A stretch of 64,000 nt of DNA from positions 90,583 to 154,582 of the forward strand of contig VXMF01000021.1 in the NCBI GenBank assembly GCA_009841225.1. Direction: 5' to 3'. Positions 1 through 9,195 of this stretch are shown piece after piece (positions within the stretch are counted from its first letter, which is position 1; the number at the start of each line of letters is the position of its first letter). The translations under genes were made by a program, and so were the position numbers. The notes under the pieces were generated by a model. That model did not search any database. It was not told the origin of the DNA and saw only the letters and a list, made by a program, of their open reading frames with translations. Source of the stretch: Terriglobia bacterium (GTDB lineage: Bacteria > Acidobacteriota > Terriglobia > Bryobacterales > UBA6623).

Positions 1-1626
1 ATCATCTTCATCCCGGGCAGCGGCTGGCACGCGCCGCTGACGTACGATGCGGCACCGCTGAAGGCCTCGGGCTTCGCGAAGCTCTACGCTCCGCCACTGA
101 GCGAAGCGGGCTTCACCGTCTTCGTAATCAATCACCGCGCTGCCCCGCGCTATTCTTATCCGGCGCCGATCGAGGACGCCCAGCGAGCGGTGCGGTTCGT
201 GCGCCACAACGCGGACCGCTTCGGCATTGATCCCGATCGAATCGGCGGCGTGGGCGGTTCGTCCGGGGGGCACCTCATCAGCATGCTAGGCGTGCTGGAT
301 GGGGGCGGCGACCCTGCCAGCCCAGATCCGGTCGAGCGCGCGAGCGCGAAGTTGCAAGCCGTCTTTGCCAGGGCGGCCCCGTTCGATCTGACACGCGTAC
401 AGGGGCGCGTTTCCAGCGGATCGGTCTCGTCGCTTCTCGGAATGCGCCTAGGGGCGCGCGACATGCCGTCTTCCACGGAGCACCGCACCTACTGGGCGGC
501 CTCGCCCGCAGCACACGTGTCGCCGGATGACCCGCCGTTCTTGCTGATGCATGGAACCGCCGATGACCGCGTGCCGCACGTTCAGTCCGAGAAGTTTCTC
601 GCGCTGCTCGAGACGGTCGGAATCGAAGCTGAGCTGACCCTGATCGAAGGCGGCGGGCATGGAGCGAGTTTTCCCGGCGCTACCAACCCTCCGAACTACT
701 TGGGGGCGATGGTGAGCTTCTTTGAGAGGCACCTGTCGAGCGAAGCGAAAGCCGCCGCTTCTCCGCCAAAGCCATCGCAGCGAGACCCCCGCGTCGAACG
801 CAATGTCCCGTTCGGCATGGTCTCCGGCGGTGCGTTGCTCATGGACGTGTACCGTCCTGACCAGCCGAACGGAATCGGGATTTTGCATATCACCGGGAGC
901 GGCTGGCACTCCCCGCTCGCCGCCAGCGCACCGCAACAGAAGGCCAGCCGCCAAGTAGAGGTCTTCGGCGCGCCACTGGTAGAGGCCGGCTACACGGTGT
1001 TCGCGGTCAACCACCGCACGGCGCCGCTGAACAAGTATCCCGCCCAACTCGAGGATGTTGAGCGAGCGGTGCGATTCATACGCTTTCACGCCGCGCGCTG
1101 GGGCATCGACCCAGAGCGCATTGGCGGTGTGGGCGGATCTTCCGGCGGCCATCTCACGCTGATGCTCGGAGTATTCTCCACGACCGGCGACCCGGAGGGT
1201 CCCGACCCTGTCGACCGCGGGAGCGCACGGCTACAGGCCATCGTGCCGTGGGCACCCCCGACGGACCTGGTGATGCTCAACGGAGAGTACGGCCAGGGCA
1301 CCTTCGGTTCGCTCTTCGGGATGCGCCTCATGGCGCGCGACGCGAAAAGCTCGCCCCAGTTCAAGGCATATCGGGATGCATCGCCGATCCACCACGTATC
1401 GCCCGACGACCCGCCCACTCTGCTGATCCACGGCGACGCGGACGGAGTGGTGCCGCTAGGCCATTCCGAAATGATCGCCGCTCGCATGCGTGCCGTCGGC
1501 ATCGCGGTAGAGGCGCTGGTCATTCCTGGCGGCGGGCACGGTGCGCTGTTTCCCGGCAAGATCCCGGACGCGCCGGATTACGTGCAAGCCACGGTGGACT
1601 GGTTCGACCGCCACCTGCGCGATTGA
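1..1626 (+). CDS. Alpha/beta hydrolase (esterase/lipase, BD-FAE-like) with two tandem catalytic domains; 5'-truncated by window edge
   Basis: Frame 1 is open from base 1 (IIFIPGSGWHAPL...) and continues into ORF 190..1626. Two copies each of the nucleophile elbow GGSSGGH, the acid motif (HGTADDRV / HGDADGVV) and the His motif (GGGHG). Confidence 0.85.
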   Translation: MIFIPGSGWHAPLTYDAAPLKASGFAKLYAPPLSEAGFTVFVINHRAAPRYSYPAPIEDAQRAVRFVRHNADRFGIDPDRIGGVGGSSGGHLISMLGVLDGGGDPASPDPVERASAKLQAVFARAAPFDLTRVQGRVSSGSVSSLLGMRLGARDMPSSTEHRTYWAASPAAHVSPDDPPFLLMHGTADDRVPHVQSEKFLALLETVGIEAELTLIEGGGHGASFPGATNPPNYLGAMVSFFERHLSSEAKAAASPPKPSQRDPRVERNVPFGMVSGGALLMDVYRPDQPNGIGILHITGSGWHSPLAASAPQQKASRQVEVFGAPLVEAGYTVFAVNHRTAPLNKYPAQLEDVERAVRFIRFHAARWGIDPERIGGVGGSSGGHLTLMLGVFSTTGDPEGPDPVDRGSARLQAIVPWAPPTDLVMLNGEYGQGTFGSLFGMRLMARDAKSSPQFKAYRDASPIHHVSPDDPPTLLIHGDADGVVPLGHSEMIAARMRAVGIAVEALVIPGGGHGALFPGKIPDAPDYVQATVDWFDRHLRD

Positions 1627-1655
1627 AGCGGCCCGCAGGCCGGCTCGGGGGACGC

Positions 1656-2939
1656 TCAGTCCACTAGCGCTTGGTAGGTCAAGGTCTGGAAGTCCTGCCG
1701 AATGTTGAGGTGGGTGTAAGGACGGACCTGCGTCATCAGGATTCCGATCAGCTCGTCTTGCGGATCAACCCAGAACACGGTGCAGTAAGCCCCGCCCCAG
1801 CCGTAGGTGCCCTCGGCGCTCGGTACCGCGCTGCGGCCGAGGTCCACAGACACCGAGTAGCCCAGGCCGAATCCGAAGCCATCGCCACGCAGCCAGACTG
1901 GGCGGTCGCCGGTGTGGTTCGCAGTCATTAGCCGCACCGTGCGCGGGCCCAAAATGCGTACGCCGTCGAGTTCCCCTCCGTTGAGCATCATCTGGTGGAA
2001 GCGGAAGTAGTCGCTGGTCGTGGAAACGAGTCCGCCGGCGCCGCTGAAGTAGACGTGCGGCTCCCTCACCCAGCGACTTTGCTCGTCGGGCTTTTCTTGC
2101 AAGACAATCTTGCCGGCGTCGTCCGGCTCGTACAGGGCCGCGAAGCGCGGCAGCTTCTCGCCCGGCAGGTAGAAGTGCGTGTCCCGCATGCCAAGCGGGC
2201 CGAAGATCTTCTTGCTGAGATATTCGTCCAAGGTCATCCCCGAGAGCACTTCGACCAGCCTTCCGACCACATCTGTGGCGGGTCCGTACTCCCAGCGCTC
2301 GCCTGGCTCGAAGTTCAACGGCAGCTTGGCCAAAGCTGTAACGTAGTCGCCCACTGTGCCACCGGGCTTGCGGCTGCGGCGCAGTTCGTTGTAGAGACCG
2401 CGCGTGACGCCGCGGTAGGTATTGGCGAGGCCGGCGGTATGTGTGAGCAGGTGCTGGATGGTGATCGACTTCTCGGCTTTGACCGTCTTGAAGGGACCTC
2501 GGGCGCGGTCGCCAGGCTCGACTGGCAACGCAAGCTTCATCTCGGCAAACTCAGGCAGATACTTCGAAACGGGGTCGCGGAGCAGGAAGCGCCCCTCCTC
2601 CCAAAGCATCATCAGGGCCACCGAGGCGATCGGCTTGGTCATCGAGGCGATCCGAAAGATGACGTCGGTGGACATCGGCGCACTGGCTTCAACGTCCCGA
2701 TGGCCGAAGCTCTTGTGATAGACGATCTGGCCGCGCCGGGCAATCAGAGCGACCACGCCGGGGACCTCATTGCGGTCCACGTACCCTCGCAGGCTCCGGT
2801 CGATGCGGACCAGCCGGTCGGGAGCGAATCCGGCCGTCGCGGGATCGGAGATTGTGGCGGAAGCGGCTGCGAGTCCGGGAACGAACAATGCGGCGGCAAC
2901 CAGCCCGACAGCGAATGCATGCCTCGAGTGATGTCTCAT
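1656..2939 (-). CDS. Serine hydrolase, beta-lactamase/class C-like family, secreted
   Basis: SxxK motif IASMTKPI, LLTHTAG, W-E-Y-G (YxN-equivalent), GWGG near the C-terminus; N-terminal signal peptide. Start placed at MRHHSRH (2939). Confidence 0.85.
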   Translation of the reverse strand: MRHHSRHAFAVGLVAAALFVPGLAAASATISDPATAGFAPDRLVRIDRSLRGYVDRNEVPGVVALIARRGQIVYHKSFGHRDVEASAPMSTDVIFRIASMTKPIASVALMMLWEEGRFLLRDPVSKYLPEFAEMKLALPVEPGDRARGPFKTVKAEKSITIQHLLTHTAGLANTYRGVTRGLYNELRRSRKPGGTVGDYVTALAKLPLNFEPGERWEYGPATDVVGRLVEVLSGMTLDEYLSKKIFGPLGMRDTHFYLPGEKLPRFAALYEPDDAGKIVLQEKPDEQSRWVREPHVYFSGAGGLVSTTSDYFRFHQMMLNGGELDGVRILGPRTVRLMTANHTGDRPVWLRGDGFGFGLGYSVSVDLGRSAVPSAEGTYGWGGAYCTVFWVDPQDELIGILMTQVRPYTHLNIRQDFQTLTYQALVD

Positions 2940-3109
2940 AGATGACTCCTTAGTGCCGCTCCCTCTTGGCACGGAGGGCAACCATTAGGAACGCACCCTA
3001 TAGGTTGTACCAAGACGGCTCTCAACCTGTCCCCAGCATGCTCGGACTGCTACCATGCGACCGCGCTTGGCCGCGTCGCGCTTCGGCACGCGTTCGAGTC
3101 CGCGGATCC

Positions 3110-4453
3110 ATGCACGAGCAACAGGCCACCGAAAGCCTCCGTCCCGGTTTCGATTCGTCGCGGACGAACCATTTGAACGTGTCCCGGCGCAGCCTGCTAG
3201 CGGGCCTGCCAGCTGTCGCTCTGCGGGCGCAGCAGCGGCAGCCGAACTTGCTGGTGATCGTCGCTGATGACCACGGTTGGAACGATCTCGGCTGTTACGG
3301 GCACCCAGTGGTGCGTACGCCCCACTTGGATCGCATGGCGGCGGACGGCGTGCGCTTCACGCACTGCTACACCACGGCGCCGCTATGCAGTCCCGGGCGT
3401 GGAGCGGTGATGACCGGGCTGTACCCGCACGTCTCAGGAGTCACGCGCCTGGTGCAGGGGGAGGACGCGGCCCGCCTTTCCCTCCGACCGGGCCTGTGGA
3501 CCTTCGCCAAGGGCCTGGAGGAACTAGGTTACGTAAACGCTGCGGCGCGCAAGTGGCACCTGTCAACGGCCGGCGCGCTGCCGCACGGCTTCCATCACGA
3601 GTTCCCGTCCAGAGAGACCTACCTAGAGCAAGCAGAAGCCTTCTTGGAGCAGCGCCACGACCGGCCGTTCTGCCTGTACTTCTGCCCGACCCACACCCAT
3701 CGTCCCTTTCGCAGCCATAGCGGATTCGAGTATTCGCCCGACGATGTCGCCCATTGTCTGCCACCGTACCTGAAGGACACGCCCCAGGTGCGCGAACACT
3801 ACTCGTGGTACCTGTCGGAAATCAGCAAGATGGACGACGAGATCGGACGGCTGCTAGCAGCCTTGCAGAGGAGCGGGGAGCTGGATCAGACCGTGGTGGC
3901 GTTTCTGACCGATCACGGGCCGTCGCTCCATAGGGCCAAGTTCTCGCTGTACGACTGGGGCACCCATTCCAGCCTCATCATGCGCGGCCCTGGCGTCACA
4001 GGCAGCGGCAGGGTCGACACCGGGTTGGCGTCAACGATCGATGTTGGGCCGACGCTGCTAGGCCTGGCGGGCGGCGCAGCGCCAAGCTCATGCCAAGGGG
4101 TCGACCTCGGCCCGCGCCTCGCGGGGCGAGACGCGAAGCAGCGCAGCCTGGTGTTCTCCGAGCATCACGAGAACAACTACCTCACGGCGGTGCGCGGAGA
4201 ACGCTTCAAACTGATCCGCAATCACACCAAGGACGAGCCCCTCGTGTCGGCGCGAAATGTCCGCAATTGGCAAGGCATGGACGCGGACACGCTCCGGCAG
4301 CCCTACCCGCTGCCGCGGCCGGACCGCGAGTTGTTCGATTTGGCCGCCGACCCGCTGGAAAGCCGCAACCTCGCGGACGACCCTGCCTACCGCGATCAGC
4401 TCGTGAAGTTGGAGAGCGAACTAGACAGGTGGTCTGCCCTGCCCCGGCGGTGA
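3110..4453 (+). CDS. Sulfatase (arylsulfatase/heparan N-sulfatase-like), probable Tat substrate
   Basis: ADDHG metal motif, CSPGR (CxPxR formylglycine motif), TDHG, ELFDLAADPLE; SRRSLL twin-arginine-like leader. Start codon uncertain. Confidence 0.85.
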   Translation: MHEQQATESLRPGFDSSRTNHLNVSRRSLLAGLPAVALRAQQRQPNLLVIVADDHGWNDLGCYGHPVVRTPHLDRMAADGVRFTHCYTTAPLCSPGRGAVMTGLYPHVSGVTRLVQGEDAARLSLRPGLWTFAKGLEELGYVNAAARKWHLSTAGALPHGFHHEFPSRETYLEQAEAFLEQRHDRPFCLYFCPTHTHRPFRSHSGFEYSPDDVAHCLPPYLKDTPQVREHYSWYLSEISKMDDEIGRLLAALQRSGELDQTVVAFLTDHGPSLHRAKFSLYDWGTHSSLIMRGPGVTGSGRVDTGLASTIDVGPTLLGLAGGAAPSSCQGVDLGPRLAGRDAKQRSLVFSEHHENNYLTAVRGERFKLIRNHTKDEPLVSARNVRNWQGMDADTLRQPYPLPRPDRELFDLAADPLESRNLADDPAYRDQLVKLESELDRWSALPRR

Positions 4454-4501
4454 TCCGAGCTGCAGGCAGCATTGGTGCGGCACGCTGCCTTAGCCGGGAC
4501 C

Positions 4502-5326
4502 TTACGAACCGTTGGCGCTCTCGTCGAGGTAGGTTGCTATGTCTGCAATCTCGTCCGACGTGTACACCGTTTCAAGGTCGTCAGGCATCGACGACCGCGC
4601 CCGAGTCAGCTGTCGCTTGACGTCCGCCTTGGCGAAGGACCGCAGGGGTGGCGGCACCGATGCCGCATCGAAAACACGGATGCGAGTCTCGGTCTCCTCG
4701 GCCAGAACGCCTGCTAGGGTCTCGCCGCTGTGCAGCTCAACCTGAACCTGCTCGAAGCCGAAGGCGATGCGCCGGTGCGGCTCCCGCACGTCACGTTCCA
4801 ACTCTTGGGGGGTCTTCCCCTTGGCTGCGATCTTTAGGTTGGGCCCGACCGGCGTGCCCAAGCCATCGAGCTGATGACACACGCTGCAGCGGCGTTCGCG
4901 GGTCAGGTCAAAGAACAGCTCCTTGCCGCGCAAGGCTCCTGCCGAGAGTGCCGGCGGCTGTGGGGAATCCAATGCCGCCCCAAGCTCGACAATGGCTGCC
5001 GCACCTGTCAGGGGTTCGCTGGACAGACTCATGACATATGCGGTGACCGCCCAGACCGCATCTTCTGCGAGCACGTCCTTCCAGCCCGGCATGCTTGTGC
5101 CGGGCAGGCCCTCCGCCGTGATGCGAAACAGCTCGCTCGGATCCCATACGCGGTCGCGCAACGCGGGTCCGCGCGCCGACCGGCCCTCCGAACCATGGCA
5201 ATAGCCCACGGCGCAACTCTTGGCGAACTGTGCAGAGCCCTGTTCGATGAGGTTCTCGGAACTCAAGTCGACCGTATCCGCCGCTTGCAACCCTATGACC
5301 AACAGCAGTGCGACAGCTACCCTCAT
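4502..5326 (-). CDS. Secreted di-heme c-type cytochrome with a planctomycete-type putative heme-binding domain
   Basis: Signal peptide; CAVGYCH (CX4CH) and CSVCH motifs; VGPNL and SSMP...EIADIATYL segments typical of the Pirellula/Verrucomicrobium heme-binding domain. Confidence 0.75.
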   Translation of the reverse strand: MRVAVALLLVIGLQAADTVDLSSENLIEQGSAQFAKSCAVGYCHGSEGRSARGPALRDRVWDPSELFRITAEGLPGTSMPGWKDVLAEDAVWAVTAYVMSLSSEPLTGAAAIVELGAALDSPQPPALSAGALRGKELFFDLTRERRCSVCHQLDGLGTPVGPNLKIAAKGKTPQELERDVREPHRRIAFGFEQVQVELHSGETLAGVLAEETETRIRVFDAASVPPPLRSFAKADVKRQLTRARSSMPDDLETVYTSDEIADIATYLDESANGS

Positions 5327-5536
5327 CAGCGCCCCCCTCTGGCCGAGACCTCCAATTCACGCCTGCACGTGATTCATAACAGGCAGCTTGCTGCCAGCGC
5401 GCCGGCCATGTCTCGCGAGATATATCCCATTCTTGCAGGTGCATTGCCCGGCTACCGAAAACTTGCTCTGCGCAGCTGGCCGGGGCGGCTGCCAGCACGC
5501 CGACGCCACGAGATGGCGAATCGAGGACGCGCCGAC

Positions 5537-5770
5537 TCACTGAATTCGACGCCAGCCCGCAAGCCGGAGCGCTGAGGAGACAAGCGCACCGCCGAGCAAG
5601 CCCGCGATCGCGAGTACCGGAGGCCAGACATCGAGGAGCGACCCCATCGGAAGACCTCCGGGCAACACGTCGTTCAGCAGCTCTATGAGCGCGCCGGCAA
5701 GCGCCCCTAGGAGCGCCCAAGTCAACGCCGTCCTGACTGTGCCGCGTATGTGTCCGTGCCACTTCTTCAT
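5537..5770 (-). CDS. Small membrane protein (2 TM helices), hypothetical
   Basis: 77-aa ORF with two hydrophobic stretches; SD-like GGAGG upstream; co-oriented with the PadR operon. Confidence 0.55.
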   Translation of the reverse strand: MKKWHGHIRGTVRTALTWALLGALAGALIELLNDVLPGGLPMGSLLDVWPPVLAIAGLLGGALVSSALRLAGWRRIQ

Positions 5771-5901
5771 GACTGCCTCCCTCCAATTCCACGTAAGGGG
5801 TTCTCCCTACTGTGGTCGCTCGAGTCCACTCGTCATCGCAGTTTGGCAGCTTGACCGGAAACTCGACCATGAACACCGAATACTCCTCGAGTGTCGACGC
5901 C

Positions 5902-7287
5902 TCACACGAAGCCAAACAGCAGCGGGAACGCAACGACCACAACGGCCGCCCACACCGCGTACACGGGTAAGTAGGCTGTCTGCCAGCGCTCAAGAGCAGT
6001 GAACGGGCCGCGGCCGGTGAGGAACCGAGCATACAGCCACGCCGACCACGCAAGGTTTACCAGCAGAACCAAGTTCTCGCCTAGGGCCGCCACCCGGTTC
6101 GGGCTCAAGCCGAACTCTGAAATCCGCCCAGCTATAGCAGAAAGCGCCACGCCATCGACCACCAGAGCGCAGACCACAAGCAGAAGCTGCAGCGCGTCAA
6201 ACGTGCCGGGCGGGGCCTGCACGTCACGCGCCGAGATCGCATAAAGCAGCAGGCCGAGGACGACTGCCAACAGCAGGTCGAAGCCGATCAGCATCTCTCG
6301 GTCCATGTCGATGCCGCTCCCGGTCCACGCCATCGTTACCAGCAACGCGAGTAGAGCGGCGGCGAACAGCGGCGTAAACAGGCGCGTCAACACGGGCGCC
6401 ATGTTCTCAACGACGCTCTGCTTCGCTTCTACGAGCCACGCCCCGACGATGACAGCCCCCATAGCCCCGCAAGGGAGCATCCACTGCTGCGCGAACCACT
6501 CCATGTCCACACCGATTGCGGCGAAAGAGACCGCGGTGAAGCCCGTAAGGACACCGCCCCCCAAAGCCATGAGCACGTAGTAGATGAACAGCTCTCCGGA
6601 GAAGCGCACGAAGTCCATGCGCCGGCTCCCATCGAACCAGCGTCCTCCCGAGTAGGCGATGCCTACGGCGAGCCACAAGGCAATCGGCAAATGCAGCGCC
6701 GCGAGCGTTTGGGTGTGGCCTCCCGCCGTGAAGGGGAAAGCGTTGATGGCGATCGCCGCCGCAGCGAACGCCAGCGCCAGTCGGAGGCACCCAGTCCGGT
6801 CCAGGCGGCGTTTCCACGCGAAGTAGCCAGCCAGGAACGGGAGCACGAAAAAGCTGACGTTGGGAAAGTAAAACGTGCCCGAGTCAAAGAATCCGTCTCC
6901 CGACCCAATGTGCGGATAGCCGAACAGCTCGGGCAGCTTGATCGCCGCGGCTGCAGCCGCGGCCAGACCTATCACAACTGTGCGCTCGCGGACCGGACTC
7001 CGGCTTGGTTCGCCGTCCGAGTCCTTGGCCATCACGAGCTGCTTCCACAGCCGCTCGGAGTGCTCGCGCGCAAACTCGCGCGAAACAGCGTCGAGGTCTC
7101 CCAGTCGCTTGACCGCGACTAGGAACGCCTCGTCTGTAGCGAGGCCTGCGCTGCGCAGGTCTGCGACTAGATCGCGCAGGTGGCCTTCGAGTTCCTCCAC
7201 ATCCGAATCGCGGATGGCTGGGCGCCGTCGCAGCCAGCTCCGCCACTGGGTGATTTGCGCTTCCAGCGCGTCGTCGTGCGTCAACAT
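5902..7287 (-). CDS. Multi-pass membrane protein with N-terminal permease-prefix domain
   Basis: N-terminal DVEELEGHLRDLVADL...GLATDEAFLVAVKRLGD is typical of permease-prefix domain 1; about 10-11 hydrophobic helices follow; overlaps the upstream PadR gene. Start placed at MLTHDD (7287). Confidence 0.8.
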   Translation of the reverse strand: MLTHDDALEAQITQWRSWLRRRPAIRDSDVEELEGHLRDLVADLRSAGLATDEAFLVAVKRLGDLDAVSREFAREHSERLWKQLVMAKDSDGEPSRSPVRERTVVIGLAAAAAAAIKLPELFGYPHIGSGDGFFDSGTFYFPNVSFFVLPFLAGYFAWKRRLDRTGCLRLALAFAAAAIAINAFPFTAGGHTQTLAALHLPIALWLAVGIAYSGGRWFDGSRRMDFVRFSGELFIYYVLMALGGGVLTGFTAVSFAAIGVDMEWFAQQWMLPCGAMGAVIVGAWLVEAKQSVVENMAPVLTRLFTPLFAAALLALLVTMAWTGSGIDMDREMLIGFDLLLAVVLGLLLYAISARDVQAPPGTFDALQLLLVVCALVVDGVALSAIAGRISEFGLSPNRVAALGENLVLLVNLAWSAWLYARFLTGRGPFTALERWQTAYLPVYAVWAAVVVVAFPLLFGFV

Positions 7288-7667
7288 GTCGCCCCAACTC
7301 CCCGTTGCCGCAACGGCCACCATGAGGCGGGAACCAGCGAAGATTCCATCCAGATTTCGCGCAGCGCGGCGTCCACCACCTGCCACTGCCGCCGCTGGGT
7401 CTTCAGGTGCGCTCGGCCTGCCCTAGTGATGCGGTAGTACCGCCGCCGCCGGCCACTCTCCGATTTTGCCCAGCGGGCTTCAACGTAGCCGAGCCGCTCG
7501 AGACGATGGAGCACCGGATAGAGCATTCCGTCCGTCCACTGAAGATGCCCGCCCGACAGCTCGCCGACTCGCTTGATGATCGCGTAGCCGTAGCTGTCTC
7601 CGTCCGCCAGAATTGCCAATACGAGCGGCGCTGCCGAAGCTGCCACTAGGTCCTTGCTGATGTTCAT
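7281..7667 (-). CDS. PadR family transcriptional regulator
   Basis: DSYGYAII...GMLYPVLHRLE...RRRYYRIT..G signature. Confidence 0.92.
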   Translation of the reverse strand: MNISKDLVAASAAPLVLAILADGDSYGYAIIKRVGELSGGHLQWTDGMLYPVLHRLERLGYVEARWAKSESGRRRRYYRITRAGRAHLKTQRRQWQVVDAALREIWMESSLVPASWWPLRQRGVGATC

Positions 7668-7717
7668 TTCCGTTCACCGCTCCGACCACGAAGCGACCCT
7701 ACTCAATACATAGCATA

Positions 7718-7740
7718 TCAATGCATTGAAGTGCAATGCA
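7718..7740. promoter_or_regulatory. Overlapping palindromes upstream of padR (candidate operator)
   Basis: TCAATGCATTGA (7718-7729, perfect 12-bp palindrome) overlaps TGCATTG-N5-CAATGCA (7722-7740) in an AT-rich patch about 50 nt upstream of the padR start. Confidence 0.55.
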
Positions 7741-7848
7741 ACAAGACTGGCCGAAGAGTGCGCGATCGGTCTGATCGACCGCGACCTGCCGGTCTGACGG
7801 GCAGAGGCGCTGTGGACGATGAAGTACGGGCGGGACGCGCGCCCGAAT

Positions 7849-8742
7849 TCAGAACCAGTACTTCAAGCTCAGGCTCACGCCCCAAAACCTGCTGTCCTTG
7901 GTCGCGACCTGATACAGGATCGTTTCGCCGCGGCCCACGCTCGATTCATGGCTGCGAAGCTGATTCCAGGGCGTCGGCTCGCTGACGAACTCGCCGAAGT
8001 CAGCCCAGCGGAACTTCATGCCCAGCGTAACCGTGTCACGGAGCCGGTAGTCCACGCCGGCCAGCAGTTGATACCCCAGCATGACATCGGTCAGCCGGGC
8101 ATCGCCGATCGTCGTCGTGCCAGCGACCTTGGCGCGCAGAGCCGGGTCCGAAAAGGTCGCGATCCGCTCCGGATCGTCGTTACGCTTCCAGATGGTGGCA
8201 TAGTCAAGCGCCGCCCGTTCCACGCCAACGCCAACACCTACGTAGGGGATCCAAGAATAGGAAGACCCGAAGTCGTAGTACATGTTTGCAAAGACGTCGT
8301 GCGACCGCAGGTCATCGACGGTGCCGACCGCAAGCTCGATTTCCTGCTCGCGTTTGTCCAGCGTCACGTCGTCGAAGATGCCTAAGTCTGACTGAGTGTT
8401 ATAGGCCGTGATCCGGTAGAAGTACTCCCCCTCGAGTCTGACGGGCCCCCAGTCGTAGCCGAGCGCAATCCCCGTACTGACGCCTGCCGCGCCATCGAAT
8501 TCGTTGCTCCACGACGTACGCGCTGGAGCAGTGTCGCACTCACTGCCAGTCTCCAAGCCGTGCGGATTGATGATCAGGTCGCACTTGGTGCTCCAGTCGT
8601 TGTCCGACCCGTCCACAGCGAGCTGCGGGGCCATGGTGGCTCCCATGTCCGTCTGGAGGTACACCCCGGTCTGAGCCGCCGATTCACTGGCACACACTGT
8701 CAAGACCGTCACAACCGCCAAGGAATACAGTCGTTTCCCCAC
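7849..8742 (-). CDS. Outer-membrane beta-barrel protein (porin/opacity-like family)
   Basis: Signal peptide ending ESAAQ; alternating beta-strand pattern (GYDWGPVRLEGEYFYR, ANMYYDF, PYVGVGVG, YQLLAGVDY); C-terminal aromatic ...SLKYWF. Start placed at GTG 8742; the ORF track extends to 8904. Confidence 0.8.
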   Translation of the reverse strand: MGKRLYSLAVVTVLTVCASESAAQTGVYLQTDMGATMAPQLAVDGSDNDWSTKCDLIINPHGLETGSECDTAPARTSWSNEFDGAAGVSTGIALGYDWGPVRLEGEYFYRITAYNTQSDLGIFDDVTLDKREQEIELAVGTVDDLRSHDVFANMYYDFGSSYSWIPYVGVGVGVERAALDYATIWKRNDDPERIATFSDPALRAKVAGTTTIGDARLTDVMLGYQLLAGVDYRLRDTVTLGMKFRWADFGEFVSEPTPWNQLRSHESSVGRGETILYQVATKDSRFWGVSLSLKYWF

Positions 8743-8921
8743 CGTCGCCTTCGCGCATAGCCCATTGATCCGGCCAGCAGCGGATTCCCCTTCATCGGCT
8801 TCCCTCGGCCGGGCTCGAAGTAAGGCGCAGCTTGGGAGCGTGGGAGTGAAGCAACCGGCTCGCTGGCGGTTGCGTGTCATTCGGCAGATGCGATCGTTGC
8901 CCATCTAGGTCGCTTGCTGAT

Positions 8922-8937
8922 CAATCGTTGACGATTG
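8922..8937. promoter_or_regulatory. Inverted repeat CAATCGT-TG-ACGATTG between divergent genes; overlaps a TTGACG-N18-TACGAT promoter-like sequence
   Basis: Perfect 7-bp arms read directly from the sequence; lies in an AT-rich intergenic patch. Confidence 0.4.
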
Positions 8938-9195
8938 TAAAGAACATTATCTACGATGGGGCTTACTTGTGCCCGATCGTTCAACTTCTGTTAGCTTGGT
9001 GCTTGGTCTTAGCGGCTGCCAAGTCTCAGCCCACGCCTTGGTGCCAAGCCGAGGGAATCAGTGCTAGTGAAGGCACTACAGAGCGTGACGTATAGCGTGC
9101 CAAGTACGGGATCGTTGCCGAGATCGCCATGTCTGGCGCAACGGATGCGAGGTCTGTGTCTCAGCCGGGCGCGGGCCAGCGGCTAGGATGAGATT

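Noticed and set aside
1656-2939. Beta-lactamase-family gene as an antibiotic-resistance determinant (likewise the MBL-fold gene at 54559-55578)
   Set aside because: The motifs fit the broad serine-hydrolase and ComEC-like hydrolase families. Nothing indicates a true beta-lactamase or a mobile context.
3040-3111. tRNA-like look (GTTCGAGTCC, near-terminal CCA); a similar GTTCGAGTCC occurs at about 30519
   Set aside because: The bases flanking the T-loop do not form a 5-bp stem, and no acceptor, D or anticodon arms can be built.
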